In this document: positions 1-9,499 of the stretch, one piece after another
Layout: the number at the start of each line of letters is the position of its first letter
Position numbering within the stretch: position 1 is the first letter of the stretch
Source of the DNA: an uncultured Acidobacteriaceae bacterium
GTDB taxonomy: Bacteria; Acidobacteriota; Terriglobia; Terriglobales; Acidobacteriaceae
Length of the DNA stretch: 64,000 nt
Reading direction: 5' to 3'
NCBI GenBank assembly: GCA_963758505.1
Contig: CAVWVJ010000002.1
Coordinates: 3,237 to 67,236, forward strand
Translations under genes and position numbers: made by a program
Notes under the pieces: generated by a model
The model's input: the letters and a program-made list of their open reading frames with translations, nothing else
What the model was told of the DNA's origin: nothing
Databases searched by the model: none

Positions 1-126
1 GTTTTCGTAAGGAGTTGCGGCGTAGTCAGGGTCGTCTCGGTGCTCATAACATTCGCGGCGTAATCTGCTTAGTCTACCGGAATATGACGCGCAGAAGCAC
101 CCGGCGGCGACAAATCCGCGCATGCT

Positions 127-1636
127 ATGCTGGCTGCTCCAGTCATGGCGTCCCTGCGGGTCATCCTTCTTTGGCATCAACACCAGCCGTTTTACAAGGA
201 TCTGGTTACCGGCCAGTACCGTTTGCCCTGGGTGCGCCTGCACGCGCTGAAAGACTACTACGGGATGGTCAAACTGCTGGACGAATTCCCTAATGTTCAT
301 CAGAACTTCAATCTTGTGCCCTCTCTGATGGTTCAAATTCAGGATTATGTGGAAGGCACCGCCCAGGATCCATTCCTCAGCGTGGCAGCGAAGCCAGCAA
401 AAGATTTGACGGAAGAAGAGCGCCGCTTCGCACTCCGATATCTGTTTCAAGCAAATCCGCAGAACGTGATTGGCCGATATCCCCGATACCGAGAGTTGTG
501 GTACTATTTCGCGCTCACGAAAATAATCCGGAGCGAGCCGAGCGCTATTTTCAGGCGCAGGATTTTACTGATCTACAGGTCTTGTCGCAGCTTGCATGGT
601 TCGATGAATTCTTCCTGGAAGAGAAAGACATTGCTGCGCTGGTCACGAAGGGCCACTACTTTTCACTTGATGATCAAACAGCTGTGATCGCGCGGGAACG
701 AGAACTGTTGGGTCGCGTCCTGTGCCCATGCTGAGGCGGCGAAGAAAGGCTCGATCGAGATCTCGGCCACTCCGTTTTATCATCCGATCCTTCCGTTAAT
801 TTGCGATACGAACGCGGGGGCAGTGTCGTCCCCAGGATTGCCGTTACCGCAAAATCGATTTCGCCATCCGGAAGACGCTCGGGAACAGATCACGAAAGGC
901 CTCGATCTCCACGAACGGGTTTTCGGTATTCGGCCCAAAGGAATCTGGCCCTCGGAAGGCAGCGTCTCCGAGGAAGTGCTGGCCCTCGCGCATAGCGTGG
1001 GTGTGCAGTGGATGGCGACAGATGAAGGCGTACTCGGGCGCAGCGCCGGAATGTTCTTCGCACGGGACGGCAACGGCCGGTTGCCCTCGCACATGGCGGA
1101 CAAGCTCTACAACATCCATCGCTATGAAAACGGGCCGGCCACCATGAACCTGGTATTTCGGGATCACCAGATTTCGGATCTGATCGGCTTCGTCTATTCC
1201 GGCATGCCTCCAGCGGATGCGGCCCGTCACTTGATTAACAACATCAAAGAAGCTGCGCGGCCGGTGCTATCAAGGGGCAGGGACGCTGTCGTCTCAATCA
1301 TTCTCGATGGCGAGAACGCCTGGGAATACTATCCAAAATCCGGCCGGGAATTTCTGCGACGCTTTTATGACGTGCTGCAGCATGAACCGGGACTTGAAGC
1401 GGTGACAATTTCTGAGGCGATCGCCCGTCATAAAGATTTCAGCCCTATGTCATCACTCGTGCCAGGTTCGTGGATCAGCGCAAATTTCAACGTGTGGATC
1501 GGCGCTCCCGAAGACAATCGCGCGTGGGACTATTTGAATCACGCGCGCCAGTTTTACGAACTGAATGCACCGCGAGCAACGGAAGAGCAACGCAAGTTAG
1601 CATTCGACGAAATCTTGATCGCCGAGGGTAGCGATT
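127..1636 (+). pseudogene. Glycoside hydrolase family 57 (alpha-amylase/branching-enzyme-like), disrupted by two frame changes and 3' truncation
   Basis: N-terminus [24 protein letters not shown] is typical GH57. The homologous reading runs in frame 1 (127-~497), frame 3 (~498-~720, ..[17 protein letters not shown]..) and frame 1 again (~721-1636, ..EISATPFYHPILPLICD..). It ends at AEGSD|C, where GH57 proteins have AEGSDWFWWYG. Confidence 0.75.
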
Positions 1637-1915
1637 GTATATTGTTTAGATCCGTTAAATTTTCGGTGTGATCTCCTATCATATAAACCAGTGCTCTGTT
1701 ACGAGGTCTTTAAAAAATGGCCGCTTCTAAGCCTATTTCCTGATTGTATTTGGAGGCACATCCTTTATTTCACTTAACAATAATTTTGGAACCTTATTAA
1801 CTCTTGTTTAGGGCTGTTTCCCTTTAGACATACAACCTTAGCGTTCTATGTCCGATTATTTAATATTCATCTTAACCCTTTCGAGTGCAAATACTCTCCG
1901 ATAAAATCTTCACGA
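1637..1915 (-). rRNA. Fragment of an AT-rich LSU (23S-like) rRNA, domain II including the GTPase-associated centre (H42-44); not a functional rRNA gene
   Basis: The reverse complement contains GGGAAACAGCCC...GGCTTAGAAGCGGCCATTTTTTAAAGACCTCGTAACAGAGCACTGGT...AACGGATCTAAAC. This is collinear with E. coli 23S ~990-1230 (GGCUUAGAAGCAGCCAUCAUUUAAAGAAAGCGUAAUAGCUCACUGGU). Composition is strongly AT-rich compared with the flanks. Confidence 0.6.
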
Positions 1916-1916
1916 T

Positions 1917-2555
1917 CCCCACGGTAATGCGCAGCCGGAGGTGCTCGCACAGCTTGCAGGGGCTAAAGCCCAATTTTTTAGCAGACGATTTCGGCACGAC
2001 TGAAGTCGTGCCCTGATACGAGCTAGATGGGATGCGACGGACGATTCGGTACGACTGCAGTCGTGCCCCGATACAAGTGGCACCTGCACGAAGATTGATG
2101 TGGACGTAGGGGTCCTTCGACTACGAACGCTTTGCGTTCTTCGCTCAGGATGACAAAGTTGGGGATGCGCAGCCGGAGGTGCTCGCACAGATTGCAGGGG
2201 CTAAAGCCCAACTCTTCCGCAGACGATTTCGGCACGACTGAAGTCGTGCCCTGATACGAGTGGCACCTGCACGAAGATTGATGTGGACGTAGGGGTCCTT
2301 CGGCTTCGAACGCTGCGCGTTCTTCGCTCAGGATGACAAAGCTGGGGATGCGCAGCCGGAGGTGCTCGCACAGATTGCAGGGGCTAAAGCCCAACTCTTC
2401 CGCAGACGATTTCGGCACGACTGCAGTCGTGCCCTGATACAAGTGGCACCTGCACGAAGATTGATGTGGACGTAGGGGTCCTTCGACTACGAACGCTTTC
2501 GCGTTCTTCGCTCAGGATGACAGACCTGCGCTTCTTCGCTCAGGATGACAAGTAG
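1917..2555. repeat. Tandem composite intergenic repeat, three units starting at 1927, 2165 and 2348 (periods 238 and 183 bp), plus a partial fourth end
   Basis: Near-identical units. Each contains atgcgcagccggaggtgctcgcacag, aggggctaaagccc, the hairpin ggcacgactgaagtcgtgcc and ttcttcgctcaggatgaca. Confidence 0.9.
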
Positions 2556-4289
2556 CTAGTTGCGGACGCGGCGCTGGTGGGTGCTGGGAATGCGCATATC
2601 TTCGCGGTATTTCGCGACGGTGCGGCGGGTGACCTGGATTCCCTGCGACTGCAGGATGCGGGTGATCTGCTCGTCGGTCAGCGGACGGGCGGGATCTTCT
2701 TCTTCGATCAGCTTTTTCACGCGGCGCTTGAGGATGAGCAGCGAAGTGGCTCCGCCTTCGGGGCCGTTGACGCTTTCACTGAAGAAGTAACGCAGCTCGT
2801 ACACGCCTTGCGAGGTGTGGACGTATTTGTTGGCTACGGCGCGGCTGACGGTCGAGGGGTGGACGCCGATTTCCTCGGCGACCTCTTTGATCATCATCGG
2901 CTTGAGCTGGTCGATACCCTGGTCGAGGAAGTCGCGCTGGCGGTTGATGATCGAGTAGCAGACTTTCAAGATCGTCTGCTTGCGCTGCTCGATGTTCTTG
3001 ATGAGCTGGATCGCCGACTTGTAGCGCTCTTTGACGTAATTGCGAACGTCTTTTTCCGCGGCGTCGCGGTTCAGCAGACGTTTATAGCCGGGATTCACGC
3101 GAAGCTGCGGGATCTCTTCGTCGTTCATCACCACGATGTACTCGTCGCCCTGCTTGACGAAGGCCACATCGGGCTCGATGAGGCGGGTTTCCTGCTTGTT
3201 GTAGCGGAGACCCGGCTTGGGATCGAGGGTGCGGACGAAGTCGAGGGCGGCAGTGACGGCTTCGAGCGGACGGCCTAGCGCCTTCGCGATTTCCTTATAT
3301 TGTTTGTTCTGCAGCTCGCGCATGTGGTCGGTGACCATGTTGATGGCGTCATCGATGGCCTGGGCGATGTGTCCGTTGCCGTTCTTGTGCGGCATGGACT
3401 CGAAGTAGCGGAGCTGGATGAGGAGGCATTCGCGCAGGTCGCGGGCGGCGATGCCGATCGGGTCCAGGTTCTGGAGGATGTGAATGGCTTCCTGGAGAGC
3501 GTCGCGGCTGAAAGGGACGGCGGCGGGCGTTGTGCGCCGCGGAACCAGGCTCGGGCGCGGGGTTTCGATGGTCTGCACCTGAACGGGCGTATGCTCTTCC
3601 GCTTCCCGCTCGAGGCCGTCGGATGGCGTGTTGGTGGTTGCAAAGACCGCCATATCCAAAGCCGCAATCTGCTCATCGACATCGGAGGCGAGCACGAGGG
3701 CGGAATCAAGAACGTCTTTGGGGTCTGGATCGCTGGACAGTTCAACAGGCTCTTCCGAGACGATTCCGAGAAGTTCGTCGTCGCTCGCGGTCAGGTAGCC
3801 TTCGTCGTTCAGATTGCCGATGATGAGGTCGGCGGCAGCCGCGACATCGTCTTTCAGGTGCATCGAGCCAAGCTGCCACATGAGGTGGTCGGTCAGAGTG
3901 GTGGGCTTGGAGAGGAAATTCTCGAAGGAGGGGCGTTCGACGTCTTCGATTTCGCTGGTACTACGGTAGCCCGGGTCGAGATATTCCTGAAAAAACGAGC
4001 CAAAATCGATCTCTTCGAACGGGTCCTTGGCTTCCGGAGTAGCGGGTGTCTCTTCGGTGGCAACGGCGGAATCCCGCTCACGTTGCTCCTCTTTGGCCGA
4101 AACATCGTCCAGAAGGGGGACATTTTCGTCCAGTTCCTCCAGGACCGGGTTCTCAATCATCTCCTCATTGATCATCTCCTTGAGCTCCATCTTATTGAGC
4201 GCAAGGACGCTGACCATCTGAACCAGACCCGGCGTGAGGATCTGTTTCTGAGAGACCTTCAGATTGAGCTTTGGCTGGAGCAGCACCAT
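2556..4289 (-). CDS. rpoN: RNA polymerase sigma-54 factor
   Basis: N-terminal MVLLQPKLNLKVSQKQILTPGL..ENPVLEE (region I), HTH, and the C-terminal RpoN box RRTVAKYRE. Lies downstream of lptB as in many Gram-negatives. Start placed at the conserved MVLLQ rather than the ORF-maximal 4370. Confidence 0.9.
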   Translation of the reverse strand: MVLLQPKLNLKVSQKQILTPGLVQMVSVLALNKMELKEMINEEMIENPVLEELDENVPLLDDVSAKEEQRERDSAVATEETPATPEAKDPFEEIDFGSFFQEYLDPGYRSTSEIEDVERPSFENFLSKPTTLTDHLMWQLGSMHLKDDVAAAADLIIGNLNDEGYLTASDDELLGIVSEEPVELSSDPDPKDVLDSALVLASDVDEQIAALDMAVFATTNTPSDGLEREAEEHTPVQVQTIETPRPSLVPRRTTPAAVPFSRDALQEAIHILQNLDPIGIAARDLRECLLIQLRYFESMPHKNGNGHIAQAIDDAINMVTDHMRELQNKQYKEIAKALGRPLEAVTAALDFVRTLDPKPGLRYNKQETRLIEPDVAFVKQGDEYIVVMNDEEIPQLRVNPGYKRLLNRDAAEKDVRNYVKERYKSAIQLIKNIEQRKQTILKVCYSIINRQRDFLDQGIDQLKPMMIKEVAEEIGVHPSTVSRAVANKYVHTSQGVYELRYFFSESVNGPEGGATSLLILKRRVKKLIEEEDPARPLTDEQITRILQSQGIQVTRRTVAKYREDMRIPSTHQRRVRN

Positions 4290-4440
4290 AAATGTCTTTT
4301 GGAGGCGACCTTTAGATTTTAAACCAGAAGTGGACGATTTCATTTGCACATAAGTTACTTTCGGAACCATACCAAGGAGAATTGGTGAAGGAAATGCTTA
4401 GGGATTTGTGGGTCAAAAACGGTGGTCACAGGTTGCGGAG

Positions 4441-5169
4441 TTAAACGAGGGTGAAACTTTCGCCGAGATAAACGCGCTTGACCTCGGGATCGCTGCCGAG
4501 TTCTTCGGGGGTGCCGGCGCGGAAGATGCGGCCTTCATTAATGATGTACGCGCGATCGGTGACAGAGAGGGTTTCGCGGACGTTGTGGTCGGTGATGAGC
4601 ACGCCGATGCCGCTGGCCTTGAGATCGAAGATGATCTTTTGAATATCGAGAACGGCAATGGGATCGATGCCGGAGAAGGGCTCGTCGAGGAGGATGAACG
4701 CCGGGGAGATGCAGAGACACCGGGCGATCTCGACACGGCGGCGTTCGCCACCGGAGAGTGAATAACCTTTGCTTTTGCGAATGTGCCCGAGACCGAGCTG
4801 GTCGATGAGGCGCTCCATGCGTTCGCGGCGCTCATGCCACGAGATCGGTTGTGCTTCGAGCACCGCCAGGATATTTTCTTCGACCGTGAGCTTGCGAAAT
4901 ACGGAGGGTTCCTGGGGCAGGTAGCTGATGCCGTAATTGCGCGCGCGGAGATACATCGGAACGTCGGTGATCTCTTTGTCGTCGATGACCACGCGGCCGG
5001 TATCGAGGGGGATGAGGCCCACGATCATGTAGAAGCTGGTAGTTTTGCCGGCGCCGTTGGGACCGAGGAGGCCGACGACCTCGCCCTGCTCCACATGGAT
5101 GTTGACGCCGTTCACCACACGTCGGCCGCGGTAGGTTTTCCCCAGTTCTTCAGCCGAAAGGATACTCAT
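4441..5169 (-). CDS. lptB: LPS export ABC transporter ATP-binding protein
   Basis: Walker [13 protein letters not shown] signature LSGGERRR, Walker B ILLDEPF. Synteny lptA/C-lptB-rpoN. Confidence 0.9.
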   Translation of the reverse strand: MSILSAEELGKTYRGRRVVNGVNIHVEQGEVVGLLGPNGAGKTTSFYMIVGLIPLDTGRVVIDDKEITDVPMYLRARNYGISYLPQEPSVFRKLTVEENILAVLEAQPISWHERRERMERLIDQLGLGHIRKSKGYSLSGGERRRVEIARCLCISPAFILLDEPFSGIDPIAVLDIQKIIFDLKASGIGVLITDHNVRETLSVTDRAYIINEGRIFRAGTPEELGSDPEVKRVYLGESFTLV

Positions 5170-7442
5170 TATCTGCTTACTCTGGTGTGAGTTACGGTGG
5201 GGGCGGCGTTGGAGCCTTCCACCAGCACCCTATCATCCTTACTAAAGAAGGTCAACGTAGTGCCCCGTACCGTACCGTGTTCGGCGTCCGAGATGAGGGG
5301 TGCGCCGCCGGACAAAACGAATCGTCCGTCGTCCTGGTAATAAATCAGCTGGTCTCCGCTGCCACGACGCCCAGGTTGGGTGATGACAACATTGCCCTGG
5401 GCGATGATGCGATCCAGTTGACTCGGCGTGGGTTGGGGAGCCGTTGCGGTGCCGGATTGTTTCAAGTAGATGTCGAGGTGGTCGGCAGTAAGGACACCGT
5501 CGGCGGTGCGGGCGGTGACTCCGCCTTCGTAACGGGCGCGACGCTCGGCATCGACGTAGGTGAGCTTGCGCGCATGAACATTCACCGGCGTCACCTTGCC
5601 GTCCTTATCTTTTTGGACGAAGACGCTGGAGACCGGAGAAGCGGCTTGCGGGCTACCTTGCGCCACCAGGCTGCGGTTATCGCGATTGAACTCGATGGTT
5701 GGCGCTTGCACGATGTTGGCGCCCTGCCAGAGTCGCGAGCCACCGGTGTAGAGCGCGATGCCGGAATCCTCGTGGGCCACCATTTTCTTTGCGGTGACGT
5801 GGATCGGATCGCTGGAGGCCAGCATGGCGCCGCTGGGTTGCGCTTTTAGATCGCTGTAGGTGGATTTCACGTCGCCTTCAGCGACGGCTTCGCCGGTGTG
5901 GCGGTTGATGTGGATCACATTGGCGGTCATGCTCATGCCGGCTTCCGTAATGCGAGGCGAGCCGGTGAGGTGCAAGGTTTCGTCGGCGGGCGTGTAGTGT
6001 GCGATACGGGAATTGGCGGTCCGTTCGCCGCCCTTGGCGAGTTTCTCGCGATAGGTGAAGTTGCCTTCCTGCACCACGCTTTCCAGATTGCCTTCCGCGT
6101 TGTAGAAAACCTCGAGTTTGTCGCTGGTGGAGACTTTGTCATCCTGGCCCGCGGCGCGGGAAACCACCTTCGCATCGGGCAACGCCAAGATGTGCTGGAT
6201 ATGGCCTCCCTGGTTGAAGTCAGCAAAGAATCTGCCCGCGTTGACCACGGTCGAGGTAACGGATTGGCTGCCATTCGCGGGTTGATCGATCACGACATGA
6301 GCGGCGCCGCTGGTGTTTGCCTTGGAGGGAGTTTTCCCGTCGCGGACGTCGACGTCCAGAACGTCGGCAACGATCTCGGTGCGCTGCTGCTGGCTGGCCG
6401 GACCGGAGGCGGCAGGGTCCTGGATGACATGCGCGTTGTCGGCCAGGCGGATGGTGCGCGGCTGGGTATCGGGACCGAAATGAACAAAGATACGATCCGC
6501 GAAGCCGTGCATCGGGCGCTCCCCGCTGGAACGGAAGCGGGAGCCCTCGGAGAGGACTGCGAGTTGCAGATCGTTGGAGGCGCCGAATTGCAGATCGCCT
6601 TTCGCAGCCTGGACTTCGTAGCTACTGGCGCCATGGCTTGCCGCCTGCACGTGGCCATTGGCGAGAATCTGGCTGATGTTGTTATCGGGGCGGAACAGAA
6701 TCGTCACGACGTCAGAGACAATCGTGCTGTCGGGCTGGGTGACCCTTACGGATTCAAGCACCGCCTCGCGCGGCTCCTTGGTCACAACTCCGTGCCGCGC
6801 GACAAGGGTACGGGGAACGGGGCCGATGGTGGTGATATGAATGTCGGAATTGAGGGTAAGGCGATTGGTGTGCGAATCGTAGAGGACGCCGCGCGCCGTG
6901 CCATTGGCCTCGGGCACATGAAACTCGATCTGCTGGTCGGTTTGGGCAAGCCCCGTTTTCTGGTTAAAGACCAGACCGCTGGTCTTGAGATGAATAGGAT
7001 TTTTTAATTCGGAGGGCGCCGCCTGATCGGGACGATTGGGACCTTGCGTGTTGGCTTCCAGATCGAAATCGACCTCTCCTTTCGCGACTACGTTTCCGGT
7101 TTTGGCGTCATATTCAAAATCGGAACCATAGATCTGGTCGAAACGGGAAGCATCGCGTCCATAGACGATGATATTGACGTCTTCCAGCAGCGCTTTCCCC
7201 GTGTCTTTGTATTGCGTGGCCTTCTTAGCGCTGATTTTGAATAAAGTTCTGCCTCCCTCCGATTTAGAAAGCGAAAACCCTTCCGTGCTTTGCTGAATCT
7301 CGACTCCCAGTTTCTTCGCGACCATGTGCTGCATGATGCGGAACTGGTAACGGCGAACCAGGTAGAAGCCGCTGACGACGAGGAGCAGCGCCACCGCGAG
7401 CACGGCGAACCAGGTTCGAAGACGGGCAATGGAGAGGGACAT
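5169..7442 (-). CDS. Large membrane-anchored LptC/LptA (OstA)-like protein, 757 aa
   Basis: N-terminal TM helix followed by an LptC-like segment. The C-terminus has OstA-like beta-jellyroll motifs ([30 protein letters not shown]..). Start overlaps the lptB region by 1 nt. Confidence 0.6.
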   Translation of the reverse strand: MSLSIARLRTWFAVLAVALLLVVSGFYLVRRYQFRIMQHMVAKKLGVEIQQSTEGFSLSKSEGGRTLFKISAKKATQYKDTGKALLEDVNIIVYGRDASRFDQIYGSDFEYDAKTGNVVAKGEVDFDLEANTQGPNRPDQAAPSELKNPIHLKTSGLVFNQKTGLAQTDQQIEFHVPEANGTARGVLYDSHTNRLTLNSDIHITTIGPVPRTLVARHGVVTKEPREAVLESVRVTQPDSTIVSDVVTILFRPDNNISQILANGHVQAASHGASSYEVQAAKGDLQFGASNDLQLAVLSEGSRFRSSGERPMHGFADRIFVHFGPDTQPRTIRLADNAHVIQDPAASGPASQQQRTEIVADVLDVDVRDGKTPSKANTSGAAHVVIDQPANGSQSVTSTVVNAGRFFADFNQGGHIQHILALPDAKVVSRAAGQDDKVSTSDKLEVFYNAEGNLESVVQEGNFTYREKLAKGGERTANSRIAHYTPADETLHLTGSPRITEAGMSMTANVIHINRHTGEAVAEGDVKSTYSDLKAQPSGAMLASSDPIHVTAKKMVAHEDSGIALYTGGSRLWQGANIVQAPTIEFNRDNRSLVAQGSPQAASPVSSVFVQKDKDGKVTPVNVHARKLTYVDAERRARYEGGVTARTADGVLTADHLDIYLKQSGTATAPQPTPSQLDRIIAQGNVVITQPGRRGSGDQLIYYQDDGRFVLSGGAPLISDAEHGTVRGTTLTFFSKDDRVLVEGSNAAPTVTHTRVSR

Positions 7443-7625
7443 CTAAAGAGATATTACGCGAACGATGGTGCTCCTCGCGCTTTTGGCCCACCTCAGGATG
7501 GAGTACCCATTTGTGGGATCACCCATCTTTCGCTGCGCTTCGAATGGCGAAGAAATTGCAAAAGTCTTATGCGAGCGGTCGCTGAAAAGCGCTTCCGATG
7601 AGCAGACACTAACGAAAGAGGCGAG

Positions 7626-8810
7626 ATGTTGGATTTTGAACTCGATTGTCCGCGGGGATACGAGGTATGGCGGCGGGGGCCCCACGATTTGTTCGAGCAT
7701 GCTCCGGATGCCATCCTGATTTTCGACGATGCCCTGACCTATGTGGATGCGAACCCGCGGGCGTGCGAGGTATTGCGATGCTCACGAGAGGAGATCAAGG
7801 GCAGACACCTGGACGCGCTTTTCGTGGAAAAGGATGCGGTTTCGCGTCGCATACGCACGGCTGGCGGGGAGCCGTTACGCGAGAACCATCTGACCGTCGC
7901 GCTGCCCGAGGGGGAAGCTCTCTACGTTGAATTCGCCGTCCGGCGAAACGTGCTCCCGGGAATTCATGTTCTCTTTCTTCACGACGTGACCGATCAGCAC
8001 CAGATGCAATGCGAATTGGAACACCACACACGGTTGGAGACGATCGGGAAGGTTGCTGGCGGCGTGGCGCACGATTTCAACAACATGATCACCGCGATCC
8101 TCAGCTACACCGATCTGCAGATTCAGCGAGCGCCCCAGGATGAGACGATTCGACGCTACGCGCTCGGCATCCAGGCGGCGGCGGAACGTGCGGCGGAGAC
8201 GGCGCAGCAGCTATTGACATTTTGCCGCCGCCACACCACCCAGGCTTCCGAGGTGGATGTGAACGCGGTCTTGCGAGAAGCCGTGACTTTCGTCGGGCGA
8301 CTGATCGGAGAAGACATTCAGTTAGTCCTGGAACTGGATCCGGATCTTCCGAACGTGCTGGCAGATCCCGGCCAATTGAGCCAGGTAATCGTAAACCTGG
8401 CGGTGAACGCCCGCGATGCGATGCCGAAAGGGGGAAAGCTGCTGCTGGGGACGGCGAAACGGGGGCCGGCACACGGAAGAGAGCGCAGGGCCCGTGAGTC
8501 GTGCGGGAATACTCACGTAGCAATTTTCGTGCATGACACCGGATCGGGAATCAGTGCTGAGGTATTGCCGCACATTTTCGACCCTTTCTTCACCACAAAG
8601 CCGCAGGGGAAGGGTACCGGATTGGGACTGGCGACCGCTTACAGGATTGTGCAGCAATGCGGGGGACAGATCCTCGTGAGCAGCGAGCCCAACCGTGGTA
8701 CGACATTCGAGATCGTGCTGCCAGCGTGCGGATTCCCTCTGCCCGATGGGCCCGAGATGGCAGCTATGCAAGCGGCGCCGCTGGAAGAGCACGGGCAGAT
8801 CCTGGATTGA
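7626..8810 (+). CDS. PAS-domain sensor histidine kinase
   Basis: PAS-like N-terminus, HisKA H-box (VAHDFNNMITAI), and HATPase N/G boxes (NLAVNARDAM, DTGSGI, GKGTGLGLA). Confidence 0.85.
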   Translation: MLDFELDCPRGYEVWRRGPHDLFEHAPDAILIFDDALTYVDANPRACEVLRCSREEIKGRHLDALFVEKDAVSRRIRTAGGEPLRENHLTVALPEGEALYVEFAVRRNVLPGIHVLFLHDVTDQHQMQCELEHHTRLETIGKVAGGVAHDFNNMITAILSYTDLQIQRAPQDETIRRYALGIQAAAERAAETAQQLLTFCRRHTTQASEVDVNAVLREAVTFVGRLIGEDIQLVLELDPDLPNVLADPGQLSQVIVNLAVNARDAMPKGGKLLLGTAKRGPAHGRERRARESCGNTHVAIFVHDTGSGISAEVLPHIFDPFFTTKPQGKGTGLGLATAYRIVQQCGGQILVSSEPNRGTTFEIVLPACGFPLPDGPEMAAMQAAPLEEHGQILD

Positions 8811-8819
8811 GGTAGGCGA

Positions 8820-9488
8820 ATGAGAATTCTGATAGTGGAAGACGACGTGGCGCTAGCGAGGTTCATCGGCAAGGGCCTGGAAGAGGAGCACTACGCCATC
8901 GACATTGTGCACGACGGCGAGCAAGCGCGAACAATGGCATGCGAGAGCGACTACGACCTGGTAATTCTGGACCTCAATCTTCCGAAGCTGGATGGAATCA
9001 CCGTGTTGCAGCACTTGCGAGACCGTAAACGGTTACCGGTGCTCATCCTGACTGGAAGGACAAGGCTCGAAGAGAGGATCCGCGTGCTCGATGCCGGCGC
9101 TGACGATTACGTCTTGAAGCCATTCTCTTTCGCGGAACTCTCAGCCAGGGTGCGGGCATTACTGCGGCGTGGCGGATCGGCGCAGCAACTGAAGCTGCGC
9201 GTCGGCGACCTGGAACTGGACCGCGTGCAGAGAACCGTCGCGCGCGGCGGGAAGCGCATCGATCTGACTTCGAAAGAATTCGCCCTGCTGGAATACCTGA
9301 TGCGCAATGCCGGCAGGCGGGTGACGCGAACCATGATTATCGAGCATGTGTGGAACCTCAAGTTCGATACCGGCACCAACGTCGTGGACGTGTACGTGAA
9401 TAACTGACCACCAGAAGACGACCCTGACTCCCTGCGGGAGTTCCTGGAACGAGTTCGCAACGCCTATCGGCTGAATCTGCGATTTTGA
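8820..9488 (+). pseudogene. OmpR-family response regulator interrupted by a TGA at 9405-9407; remnant of the winged helix continues to 9488
   Basis: Intact REC domain (ILIVEDD, DLVILDLNLP, LKPF) and the start of the wHTH (FALLEYL..VDVYVNN*). After the stop, the same frame still reads DDPDSLREFLERVRNAYRL, resembling the ..TVRGVGYRL wing. Confidence 0.6.
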
Positions 9489-9499
9489 GGAGGAAATGC

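Noticed and set aside
2023-2442. 139-aa minus-strand ORF in the tandem repeat downstream of rpoN
   Set aside because: Same reason: its periodic sequence mirrors the 183-bp DNA repeat.
9405-9407. TGA in the response regulator as selenocysteine or programmed read-through
   Set aside because: No SECIS-like hairpin is evident immediately downstream. The residues around the stop have also diverged from the wHTH consensus, which fits decay or indels better than recoding.
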